Source: Alphaproteobacteria bacterium (GTDB lineage Bacteria > Pseudomonadota > Alphaproteobacteria > UBA9219 > RFNS01). Taken from it: DNA of 64,000 bases. The stretch is from NCBI GenBank assembly GCA_049653105.1, contig JBASFQ010000017.1, positions 3,304 through 67,303 on the forward strand, given 5' to 3'. Under the pieces are notes generated by a model. That model was not told the DNA's origin. It searched no databases and saw nothing but the letters and a program-made list of their open reading frames with translations. Position 1 is the stretch's first letter; each line of letters opens with the position of its first letter. Below are positions 26,719 to 34,740 of the stretch, piece by piece. A program made the position numbers and the translations under genes.

Positions 26719-27927
26719 TTATTTTTGCTTCACTTTTGACGTAAGACCAAGGCGAGACAATAATTCTTCACCGCTGATTGGTTCTTCGTATGGAACATCA
26801 GTCATGTAGAAAGCTGTGCGAGTCAGTATTTCACGTAAGAGTTGTCCATTTGATTCCTGATCTACGGCGATAACATCATCATCTTCCTCTACGCCGTACT
26901 TTTTAAATACTTCATTCGTAATTCGATCAAGTTCACGCTTTCTGCCAGAGCTGAGATAATATTTTATAACTTCTTCTATACGGGACTTAGCCTTCTGCAA
27001 TTGATGGTCGGGTTTTTCTAGCCATTCCGAGTCAATATTTATCTCTTCAGCAATTTGATCTGACCAAACAGACGGGTCAATAGGATTAGAAATCAATCCT
27101 ATTTTCTTGTTGGGTGTGCCGCCGCTCTCTGCGAGAACTACGCACCAGCTAACCATGTTGTACAGTGTGAAGTGACCTACCACTCGACCTGCATCGTTGC
27201 TCGTCACATAAATGAAATTGAACAATGGACCATAATCAGTGCTGAGCTTTTCAGATTGTGGAAGTAGCCGTGAGTCAAGAAAAGACCTATTTCTATTGAA
27301 ATTATCATCACCATTTTTCACAAAATGTCTTACATGGCTATATGGAGGCGATCTCAATTCTTCATTTCCGACTAGTGTGGCCCACAATACCATGCATGAT
27401 TTAGAAATTGAACGAATTGGCTCGGGCCCACCAAATGACAACGGAAAATGGACAGCTCCAAGGTTCTGTGAGACAAACATAGCTTGGCTATTTTGAAGAT
27501 TTTCTATTAGTTTTTCCTCAGTGCATCCTATTTGAGCGGCGATATGAGGCAGAAAACGCTTAATGTCCTCAATATTCTGCACTGTTATTTGAATTTGTGT
27601 ATTACCATCTGCATCTGTTGAAGTTAGAAATGGACGTATATTTAGTTCGGGGCTCCCGTCATTTCGTAGATTGAATTTATCATCCCCGGCTTGAATATTT
27701 TTTATCATTGGGGGTGCCTTGCCTGTCCCCGAATCGAGCTGCAGCATATTCCTTAAAATAGGAACTTGGGCGGTTATTACTTTGTCGATACTATCGCCAA
27801 AGTCGTGGTTGCATTGAGAACAATCGACTTGCGTGGTTGTCTTTCTTCCGCCCAACGCATTTAATAAAATATGTTCTGGTGGTGTGTTGGGGCCTAAGTC
27901 ATTTTCGCAGAAGATGCATTTTATCAT
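26719..27927 (-). CDS. HNH endonuclease-domain protein (HNH_5-type N-terminus; 402 aa with an unassigned C-terminal domain)
   Basis: N-terminus MIKCIFCENDLGPNTPPEHILLNALGG...CSQCNHDFG: CxxC, catalytic His in PEHIL, second CxxCNH. This is the motif arrangement of PtuB-like and Abi-associated HNH nucleases. Confidence 0.65.
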   Translation of the reverse strand: MIKCIFCENDLGPNTPPEHILLNALGGRKTTTQVDCSQCNHDFGDSIDKVITAQVPILRNMLQLDSGTGKAPPMIKNIQAGDDKFNLRNDGSPELNIRPFLTSTDADGNTQIQITVQNIEDIKRFLPHIAAQIGCTEEKLIENLQNSQAMFVSQNLGAVHFPLSFGGPEPIRSISKSCMVLWATLVGNEELRSPPYSHVRHFVKNGDDNFNRNRSFLDSRLLPQSEKLSTDYGPLFNFIYVTSNDAGRVVGHFTLYNMVSWCVVLAESGGTPNKKIGLISNPIDPSVWSDQIAEEINIDSEWLEKPDHQLQKAKSRIEEVIKYYLSSGRKRELDRITNEVFKKYGVEEDDDVIAVDQESNGQLLREILTRTAFYMTDVPYEEPISGEELLSRLGLTSKVKQK

Positions 27928-28086
27928 AATTGACCACTCAAGAATTGCGGGTAACAGCTCCCCAAATAGGTAAAACCACTAGATTTCAGCGGAGTCGGCA
28001 TGAGACCAAGACGCTCAATAAGTAGCCAATAACAGGGGGGTTTGAGTCAATGAGAGGCTTGTGGAAATGTAAGATTGTAGATTAGG
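27845..28086. repeat. Direct repeat copy 1 (about 242 bp): HNH gene 5' end (first about 25 codons) plus its upstream region, ending at the J-domain gene stop
   Basis: About 88% identical to 32646-32899 by eye alignment. Confidence 0.75.
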
Positions 28087-28816
28087 CGCACGATTTAAGT
28101 TTTTTTTCCACAATCTGCTTCTTCAGTTCATCCGCCAATTTGCCAAGAGGATCAAGCCCGTTTGCTTCTTGCTCTTCTATGGTTTTCTTAAGCCGATAGA
28201 TATCAGTTTTTAAAAGTGCTTCCACTTCCTGCTTTATTTCATCGGCTCTGCGCCGCAGTTGTGAATTACGGCGAATGGTCTTAACGATTCGAGAAGCTAC
28301 ATCTTCCCCAACGATTGCCTCAGGGTCCGCGCCGTATTCTTTGATAAGTCTTTCAATTGAAGCCAAATCACCTCTGTGGTAGGCGAGGTTTATCTGGGCC
28401 ATTAGTGACGTGCGCCTTAGACGCTCCTTCTCAGTCAATGCGAGATCAGGATGCATTTGTTTGACCGCGCGCCGGTATGCCTGTTTGAGTATCGGGGTAA
28501 TTTCAGGCTTTGAATTGGGTTGAGGTTCAATCAAGCCAGCTTCTTCAGCCGTTAGTTTTGCACGCTCTTCAGAAGCTTTTGCGTAAGCTCTAACATCGGG
28601 ATCATCGGGTGCCTGTTTTAGGCGTTCATTGGAAATCTTCACCTCTAGCTCATCGAGCTCAGCGTATAGGCGTCCCACTGTGTGAAAATAGCGTTGTTTG
28701 AACCGTTCTGTTTCTGTCGCAGTTGTTTCTAAAGATAGTTCTGCCGACACAAGCTGTTCTTCAAGCTCTTTTTGCTGCGCATCCAGCCGGGCTAGTTCTT
28801 CTTCTTCAGGAAGCAC
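28082..28816 (-). CDS. J-domain (DnaJ-like, HPD motif) protein with flanking coiled-coil segments
   Basis: Central J domain (residues about 105-165): ITPILKQAYRRAVKQMHPDLALTEKERLRRTSLMAQINLAYHRGDLASIERL, with helix II plus the HPD loop. GTG start overlapping the Sel1 gene stop by 11 nt. Confidence 0.65.
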   Translation of the reverse strand: MLPEEEELARLDAQQKELEEQLVSAELSLETTATETERFKQRYFHTVGRLYAELDELEVKISNERLKQAPDDPDVRAYAKASEERAKLTAEEAGLIEPQPNSKPEITPILKQAYRRAVKQMHPDLALTEKERLRRTSLMAQINLAYHRGDLASIERLIKEYGADPEAIVGEDVASRIVKTIRRNSQLRRRADEIKQEVEALLKTDIYRLKKTIEEQEANGLDPLGKLADELKKQIVEKKLKSCA

Positions 28817-30290
28817 TTATAGCCAGCCCTTCTTCAGCAAGTTCGGCATAATCACGAGACGAGAAGGCAATAACTTTCAATGCATTGGTTGCAAGTTGAC
28901 GGGCTTCAGCAATATCAGATGAAGTCATTTTTTTTGCAAGTTCGTCGCGCATCTTTATGGCATCAGCATGAAACTCTCTAATTCCTGGCTTCCCATACGA
29001 ACATGCGACGGCTAACAGAAACCACTTATAGGCTTGCACATAATCCTTCGGCACTCCATTTCCGGACTCATAGATTGCGCCAAGGCCTCTCTGAGAAAAA
29101 TAACATCCTTGATCAGCGGCTTTCAGGTACCACTTTACAGCCTCGGCGTAATTCGGAGAGTCATCGTTGTTGTGTTCATAAAAGTAACCTAGATCGTATT
29201 GGCTTAGCCGCTTGCTACTATCACGGTTCTCATAAGCCATTTTCAGCCAATGGAGGGCGGCAGCCGCATCTTTTCTCAGTCGCTTACCTGACGTGTATTC
29301 ACGAGCGAGCAATCTTTGCGAGTCGAGATTTCCCGCATTTGCGGCTTCTAGTAACATTCGCTCGGCGCGGCCCAAGTCTTGATCTAGGTGGTCGCCAGAG
29401 AGATACAGTGTGGCCAACGAAGAAGTGCCAGAGAATGCGCCAGATTTTTTATCTAACTCGATTTCACGCTCGTACCAAGTGACGGCTGCCTTCTTATCCG
29501 GCGTGATAAGTTGTGAAATTTTGGCTCCATGTGTTTGCTTGTAGCTCGCCGCTGCATTTCCGTACAAACAAAGGTTACCCAGCTGACGGCATGCCCATTT
29601 CCCTCCCAATTTGGCCGCACGAGACAGCCAGAAGATGCCGCGCTCGGTATTGTGTTGTGGATCTTTGTCGTCAAGTAGCCAGGAGCCAAGCACCTCGCAA
29701 GCATGCTCATGATCCTGCTCTGCAGCTGCTATCATCCATCGCATAGCTTCCATAGGATTGTATGGTCTTATTTTTCTTTTCCTATACTGCATAGCATATT
29801 CATATTGATCAGCTGGATCACCTGCCCTTGCTCGTTCCTCGTACCAGGCTAATGCTTGGCGATACAGCAGTGTTTCGTCGTGGTTCGGATTCCCAAGGTG
29901 GTTAGCTACCCTGGTTTCGGAGAGGTTTTCTGCAAGATACAATTGCGCTGGACCAAAGCAGAGTGATGCTGATTTTTCCAACCATTTAACTGCTTCTGGA
30001 TACTCGCTAATCTCTTCGAGGAGCAAGCTCAATTCAAACTGAGCTTCGGTGTGATTTAATTTGGCTGCAGCCAACAAATATGAGCGCGCTTGATCAAAGT
30101 TGGGTGTTTGGCTTTCATCATTTCTGTAGCGCATTCCCATCTTAAAGAGGCTGTCAGCGTCTTGTTTCTCAGGCACAGTAAGGGACTGTTGGATCGCCAC
30201 CAGACCGCGAGTGACGAGGCTAGTCGACTGCGCCTGAGGCAGAGTCGAATTCGTGTGTACCGTTGCTGGGAGTTGCTCGTTTTTGGGCAT
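28806..30290 (-). CDS. Sel1-repeat (TPR-like) protein, 494 aa
   Basis: At least 8 Sel1-like repeats, for example AEAVKWYLKAADQGCYFSQRGLGAIYESGNGVPKDYVQAYKWFLLA and AQFELSLLLEE...AVKWLEKSA. Translationally coupled to the J-domain gene. Confidence 0.7.
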   Translation of the reverse strand: MPKNEQLPATVHTNSTLPQAQSTSLVTRGLVAIQQSLTVPEKQDADSLFKMGMRYRNDESQTPNFDQARSYLLAAAKLNHTEAQFELSLLLEEISEYPEAVKWLEKSASLCFGPAQLYLAENLSETRVANHLGNPNHDETLLYRQALAWYEERARAGDPADQYEYAMQYRKRKIRPYNPMEAMRWMIAAAEQDHEHACEVLGSWLLDDKDPQHNTERGIFWLSRAAKLGGKWACRQLGNLCLYGNAAASYKQTHGAKISQLITPDKKAAVTWYEREIELDKKSGAFSGTSSLATLYLSGDHLDQDLGRAERMLLEAANAGNLDSQRLLAREYTSGKRLRKDAAAALHWLKMAYENRDSSKRLSQYDLGYFYEHNNDDSPNYAEAVKWYLKAADQGCYFSQRGLGAIYESGNGVPKDYVQAYKWFLLAVACSYGKPGIREFHADAIKMRDELAKKMTSSDIAEARQLATNALKVIAFSSRDYAELAEEGLAISAS

Positions 30291-30390
30291 ATGAGAGATG
30301 GACTATTGTTTCTAATTTTTTTGAGCTTAAATCATACATGGAATATAGCGCAACAGGCAATAAAACTATCAACAATGCCATAGCTGTAGC

Positions 30391-31722
30391 TTAGGTAATA
30401 ATACCTTTTAAAAATACCGTGGTGGCTCGCAGGGCATCCTTGAAGAAGGATGCAGCCTCTGGGGTATGAAGCCCCTCCGCTTGACCATATATAAAGTGTA
30501 CGCCGATCTGGAATTGAATGTTCGAATTCTTTTCTTTCAGCAGTTGATAGCAGAAAGTTGTCCATTCTGGTTGTTTCCGAATGGCTGGAATTTTACCATC
30601 AGCTAGACGCCCAACAAGAGTCCTTAAATCAAATGTTAGCGAGCCATCAATTGCGTAGACCTCGCGCATGGTGCGATATCGGCGCTGTTTCATTACAATG
30701 CATGGCTGAAATCCAGCCTTGTTAAGTCCGCGCCGGTCAAGCTCTATAAGAAACGCTTCTATCGACTGTTCAAAGATGCGTACATCGTTGTCTTTTATAA
30801 ATCTCCGCAGTTTTTTAAACTCATCGCTGGCATGGGGGATCGTCAGCATAGCGGTTGCATGCCCGGTGGCGATGCCGATTGTGAAATGGTAGCCGCTAAT
30901 ATGATGATCGTCTTGCCCTAACGGTGACAGATAATCCCAAACTGCGTCGGCAGCCTCAATACTACCACGTCGCCGTGGTTTCTGGTCTTTTGCAAAGCCG
31001 AGATCGGCCAGTAGTTTTTTATCTTCTTCAAGATTATCCACCAAAGCCAACAGATGGCGCTTTGCTTGATTGGGATCATATGCGTGTTCAGAGTTGGGAG
31101 TTTTCTTCGTGCGCGGGTTCTTGAAGGGGATGCCAGTGAAAGTCGTTAGCTTGACTTTGCTGTCCATATCTTTATCTCCTCTTTGCCCTGCAACTATGCC
31201 GAGATAGTCGGCTAGGTCTTTCGACCACTCACAATGCGACTTCAGGTGGTTGGCAATCTCATAGATTCTCGTCCATGCGATGTGTTGCCATGTTTTGTGA
31301 ATAAGGTTCTTTTTCCAGTCCGCAATTTTCTCCGCATCAATTTCGCGGCCAGTAATGGCGTACTTACCGACAATCGCGACACCATAATCTATCGCACGCG
31401 CCTCATGGCGCTGAAGTTGAAGTAGATTAAGACTGGAGCCGACCTTCGCCTCGAAGACAAGCCCACGCCGACCACTGGCATCGACAAGCAAAAGGTCGGG
31501 GATCGCTGTTTCCGCTAAGCCATCACTCGATCGCATGACTACTTGGATCTCGACCCTTACGTCCTTCCCAAGCAGTCGTTTGGCATCACACAAATTTACA
31601 AAAGATTCCATAAACTGCGGGCTGCGCTCAAGAGTAATCGCTAGGGCATGCGTGAGCCTGTTTTCATCACCATCATACTGGTTGAATGGATTGAGCATTT
31701 GCGATCTAACTGCCAAAGGCAA
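30391..31722 (-). CDS. Hypothetical 443-aa protein with an N-terminal PD-(D/E)xK nuclease core
   Basis: ...LTHALAITLER...IPDLLLVDASGRRGLVFEAKVGS... is a classic D-x12-EAK after a Glu-containing helix. The C-terminal 300 aa are unassigned. Confidence 0.5.
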   Translation of the reverse strand: MPLAVRSQMLNPFNQYDGDENRLTHALAITLERSPQFMESFVNLCDAKRLLGKDVRVEIQVVMRSSDGLAETAIPDLLLVDASGRRGLVFEAKVGSSLNLLQLQRHEARAIDYGVAIVGKYAITGREIDAEKIADWKKNLIHKTWQHIAWTRIYEIANHLKSHCEWSKDLADYLGIVAGQRGDKDMDSKVKLTTFTGIPFKNPRTKKTPNSEHAYDPNQAKRHLLALVDNLEEDKKLLADLGFAKDQKPRRRGSIEAADAVWDYLSPLGQDDHHISGYHFTIGIATGHATAMLTIPHASDEFKKLRRFIKDNDVRIFEQSIEAFLIELDRRGLNKAGFQPCIVMKQRRYRTMREVYAIDGSLTFDLRTLVGRLADGKIPAIRKQPEWTTFCYQLLKEKNSNIQFQIGVHFIYGQAEGLHTPEAASFFKDALRATTVFLKGIIT

Positions 31723-31886
31723 ACTAATGATTTTGGATCATTCGCTATCATATAGTAGGTTGCGATAGGACTACAGAGTAGCCCTGATGAGAGGTTAGAA
31801 GATAGTAAGATTAACAGCTCTCCAGCCACCAGAGAATGAGCTCTGACTGGCCAGCTGTATTGTTCGTGTTGATCGGGGAAAATCTT

Positions 31887-32591
31887 ATGCGCCGGTTGCT
31901 CTCTCTGAATATCAGGCATGGTGGGGGCAGTCGCATACCGCGTGTTCTGGAATGGATTGAAGGTCAGCATCCAGATTTGGTTGTTTTGCTTGAATGGAGG
32001 GCCTCTAACGACCAATTACTATCAGTCACCTTGAAGCATAAAGGATTCGAACTTGCCAAGTTTTCAAAAAGTGGGGCTAGGGATAATGGGATAGTCGTTG
32101 CTGCCAAAGACTTCATCCGTGCAGAAAGAATTACACCAAAAGGTGCGGATAAGGGGGAGCTGGTTCTCGTCAGTTTGCATGAGCTAAGCTTATGCGCTGC
32201 CTACTTCCCTCAAGGGAATAATAAGGCAACATATTTCCAAGAGTTATTTGAATTGGCGGTACGTCATACAGACGTGCCATTTTTGGTAGTCGGGGACATA
32301 AACACTGGTAACAATCAGGTGGATTTGCCCAACGGTGCTACCCGATTTGCTTGCTCAAATATGTTTGATGCACTTTCGCGTGAACATGGGATGACCGACC
32401 TGTGGCGGCGGCAACATGGACCTCAAGCGCAGGAATGGACTTGGCATTCAGCCAAAAACGGCTTCCGTATAGACCACGCTTTTGCCAACCATACCTTTCT
32501 GGCTACTTTCCCGCGAGCGAGCTGCTATTATAATCACGACCCAAAGAAACTAAAAATTACAGACCACAGCGCCTTAATCATAGACTTCTAA
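31887..32591 (+). CDS. Endonuclease/exonuclease/phosphatase (EEP, ExoIII-like) family protein
   Basis: MRRLLSLNIRHGGG ... LVVGDINTGNN ... GFRIDHAF ... ITDHSALIIDF. Start probably at the internal ATG (track ORF begins at 31836). Confidence 0.6.
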   Translation: MRRLLSLNIRHGGGSRIPRVLEWIEGQHPDLVVLLEWRASNDQLLSVTLKHKGFELAKFSKSGARDNGIVVAAKDFIRAERITPKGADKGELVLVSLHELSLCAAYFPQGNNKATYFQELFELAVRHTDVPFLVVGDINTGNNQVDLPNGATRFACSNMFDALSREHGMTDLWRRQHGPQAQEWTWHSAKNGFRIDHAFANHTFLATFPRASCYYNHDPKKLKITDHSALIIDF

Positions 32592-32645
32592 TTGAGGTGA
32601 GCTTGATGCCAACATCAGCACGCTCTGTGCGTTTAGTCCCATGTT

Positions 32646-32899
32646 CTTACGCCCAACTCATTTTATAAAATGTGTTCTAGTGGTGTGTTGGAGCCTAAGT
32701 CATTTTAGCAGAAGATGCATTTTATCAGAATTGACCACTCAAGAATTGCGGCGAACTGCTCCCCAAACTGCTCCCCAAATAGGTAAAACCACTAGATTTC
32801 AGCAGAGACGGCATGAGACAAAGATGCTCAAAAAGTAGCCAATAATAAGGGGTTATGGGTCAATTAGAGACTTGTGGAAATGTAAGATTGAAGATTAGG
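32646..32899. repeat. Direct repeat copy 2 (about 254 bp): degenerate HNH 5' end (premature stop) plus upstream region, with an internal 12-bp tandem duplication (AACTGCTCCCCA x2); ends inside a tRNA anticodon loop
   Basis: Aligned by eye with 27845-28086. The reverse complement of 32700-32730 gives ATGCATCTTCTGCTAAAATGA (MHLLLK*), against MIKCIFCEND in copy 1. Confidence 0.75.
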
Positions 32900-32933
32900 A
32901 AACCGATGCTCTATCCAGCTGAGCTACGGGCGC
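32895..32933 (-). tRNA. tRNA 5' fragment (acceptor, D-arm, anticodon 5' stem and loop), tRNA-Arg(CCU)-like, truncated exactly at the anticodon loop
   Basis: Reverse complement GCGCCCGTAGCTCAGCTGGATAGAGCATCGGTTTCCTAA shows acceptor GCGCCCG, D-arm GCTC/GAGC and loop UUCCUAA. The 3' stem, T-arm and CCA are absent; what follows is repeat copy 2. Confidence 0.55.
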
Positions 32934-33009
32934 GCACCAATGAAATCATAGTGTTAGATGGCTTTTGAGGGAAGCAAAATCCGCTTTGCCGCCGAATTTG
33001 CCGCCGAAA

Positions 33010-33384
33010 TTAACTTCGGCGACCGACGACTAGGGTAACCCGCGGCAAATCTGGTCGCTTCTTATACAGTTTCATAAACTCGTGCGTGAGCGATGAAGGC
33101 CAGAGCAGTTTGCCGTCATATCGGGCGCAAACAAGTGTCTCTGAGGTATGCACTATATTCAGACGGGCTAACCTTTCGGTCTGAAGCTCCTTATGGCGGC
33201 GAAGCTCTTCAACGGCATACTCAGGCAGTAAGATTGCACGGGTTCTATTTGTTTTTGGCGATTTGAAACGCGTTCCGGCTTTGGTTTGCTCAATACTCTC
33301 CACGACACGTATTGTCTTGTTGTCGAAATCTACATTCTTCCAGCGCAAAGCGACGATTTCACCACGGCGCATACCCGTAGCCAT
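33010..33384 (-). pseudogene. Tyrosine integrase internal fragment (about 120 aa of the catalytic domain; lacks the N-terminal domain and the HxxR/Tyr C-terminus)
   Basis: MATGMRRGEIVALRWKNVDFDNKTIRVV...TRAILLPEYAVEELRRH is a box-I/Arg region only. Confidence 0.6.
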
Positions 33385-33674
33385 TGGCTAATTGGAGACC
33401 AACGTTGGGGGGGATCGCTTCACTCCGATATATGGATGGGTACTGCGGCGCAGCTAGCTGCCTGTGGACTAATAGCCGTGTAGCCGCGCAGTGGCTCTAT
33501 GATTATAACCATGTGCGGCCACATAGCAGCCTGAACTATCTGACCCCGATGCAGTTCATTCAGCAGCAAGAGGCTGGCGGCTTCGGACTCGTGGCGGTCA
33601 CGCCGCCAGCCTCTTGCCGCCCCCAACCGCTGGCGCTAGATTACCCAAAGACTCTACATCCCCGTGGTACATAA
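33384..33674 (+). pseudogene. DDE transposase C-terminal remnant (IS3/IS481-type integrase-core end)
   Basis: ...AAQWLYDYNHVRPHSSLNYLTPMQFIQQ is a characteristic transposase C-terminus; the upstream catalytic part is absent. Confidence 0.5.
33568..33617. repeat. Perfect 14-bp inverted repeat (CAAGAGGCTGGCGG / CCGCCAGCCTCTTG) with a 22-nt loop; strong hairpin at the end of the transposase remnant
   Basis: Read directly at 33568-33581 and 33604-33617. Confidence 0.6.
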
Positions 33675-33805
33675 ATGGGGAGCAGGTCACAGCCGAATTG
33701 CGCATCGATCAAAAGAACCGATGCTCTGGCCCTTACTGATAAGGGGAAATTTTATACAGGTCCCGACAGGAGCGCAATCTGCCCTGGGGAGCTTCGTGAC
33801 ATCCC

Positions 33806-34696
33806 ATGGTATTTACCATTTTTTTCTCCGGAAGGATCGCAGTTCTGCCTTCCGGGAAACAGAAAAGGCTAGCAGAGGGCGCAAATACCAGGATCGCGCC
33901 TCTCCCTGTTACAGACACGCTTCATTTTAGCTATTTTTTTGTATCTTCATTCAATTTTACTGGACAAAATCGACTTTGCGGTGTTATTTCACGGAACATG
34001 GTTGACCGGGAACAATTCGCTTCCTCAGTAGATAAAGTTGTTGAAGAGGCCATTTCGGCAATCAGCAAACGGTCGGTCGTTCCCCCTCCCGGACAAACTG
34101 CCAAGCAACAGCAAGAGACGCATACGAGCTGTTGGAAAGATTATGCCGAAGCCCTGACTAAAAGGAAAAGAGAGCTGGACGAGCAAGACCAGATCGTTGC
34201 GACGTATTTCAAGGATCCGGGGTTCAATACCAATACATGGCGTATGATAGCGTGGGTCGATACCGAGCAACTCCAAAAAGACATCGTACAGACGCCTCCC
34301 CTATCCGCTGATCATGGGTTAGAGGCCATGCCGATGCAGCATCGGAATGGCGGCCATTTTTCTGTCAAACACGGTGAAATCGCCTTTAATGACGAAACTG
34401 CCAGCCGCAGCTTTGAACTCCTGGATACGAGCATGCAGCATGTCAAGAATGCATGGAACGGCACACGGATTCAGCTCACCGGGGATCAACAATTTAAAGA
34501 TATCAGTTGGGCCTTGGCACAAAAACATGGGATCAAGGTTGAAGGTTTCATGCCCGACAGCGCCGTCAAGATGACGGAAAAAGAGCGCAAGGATCTGGCG
34601 GAGCGCATGATCGCCGATTATCAGAAAAACAAACAGGAACCGAAGCGCCCCGAGTTCCTTTCTTGGCCAACACTAAATGAAAAGCTGGCAGCCTGA
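33806..34696 (+). CDS. Hypothetical protein (true start possibly about 33998, MVDREQF...); C-terminal region weakly reminiscent of relaxase-associated LPD7-like domains
   Basis: ORF only; GC is lower than the core. The LPD7 resemblance (IQLTGDQQFKDISWALAQKHGIKVEG) is weak. Confidence 0.3.
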   Translation: MVFTIFFSGRIAVLPSGKQKRLAEGANTRIAPLPVTDTLHFSYFFVSSFNFTGQNRLCGVISRNMVDREQFASSVDKVVEEAISAISKRSVVPPPGQTAKQQQETHTSCWKDYAEALTKRKRELDEQDQIVATYFKDPGFNTNTWRMIAWVDTEQLQKDIVQTPPLSADHGLEAMPMQHRNGGHFSVKHGEIAFNDETASRSFELLDTSMQHVKNAWNGTRIQLTGDQQFKDISWALAQKHGIKVEGFMPDSAVKMTEKERKDLAERMIADYQKNKQEPKRPEFLSWPTLNEKLAA

Positions 34697-34740
34697 ACTC
34701 CTGACCGTCGTGTGCCCCCTTGATCGTCTTGGGCACCGAT

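Larger units (their letters stand above)
9910..34700. mobile_element. Mosaic accessory region / composite genomic island (integrative element plus defence island plus debris) between core flanks
   Basis: GC-content shifts (about 62% at 10.1-20.6 kb, about 42% at 21.6-32.9 kb, versus about 60% core), tRNA fragments at both ends, integrase genes, two IS elements and pseudogenes. Confidence 0.5.

Noticed and set aside
26719-28816. A Septu (PtuA/PtuB) defence system, based on the PtuB-like HNH motif
   Set aside because: No ABC/AAA ATPase gene is adjacent on the same strand; the upstream gene is a 244-aa J-domain protein. The only ATPase nearby (21985-24264) is on the opposite strand, 2.5 kb away, and has a Rad50/RloC-like architecture rather than a PtuA-like one.
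32860-32940. A complete tRNA gene at the right end of the defence island
   Set aside because: Only the acceptor stem, D-arm and anticodon 5' stem plus loop can be folded. The 3' anticodon stem does not pair (TCTTC against the required ACCGA), and no T-arm or CCA follows.
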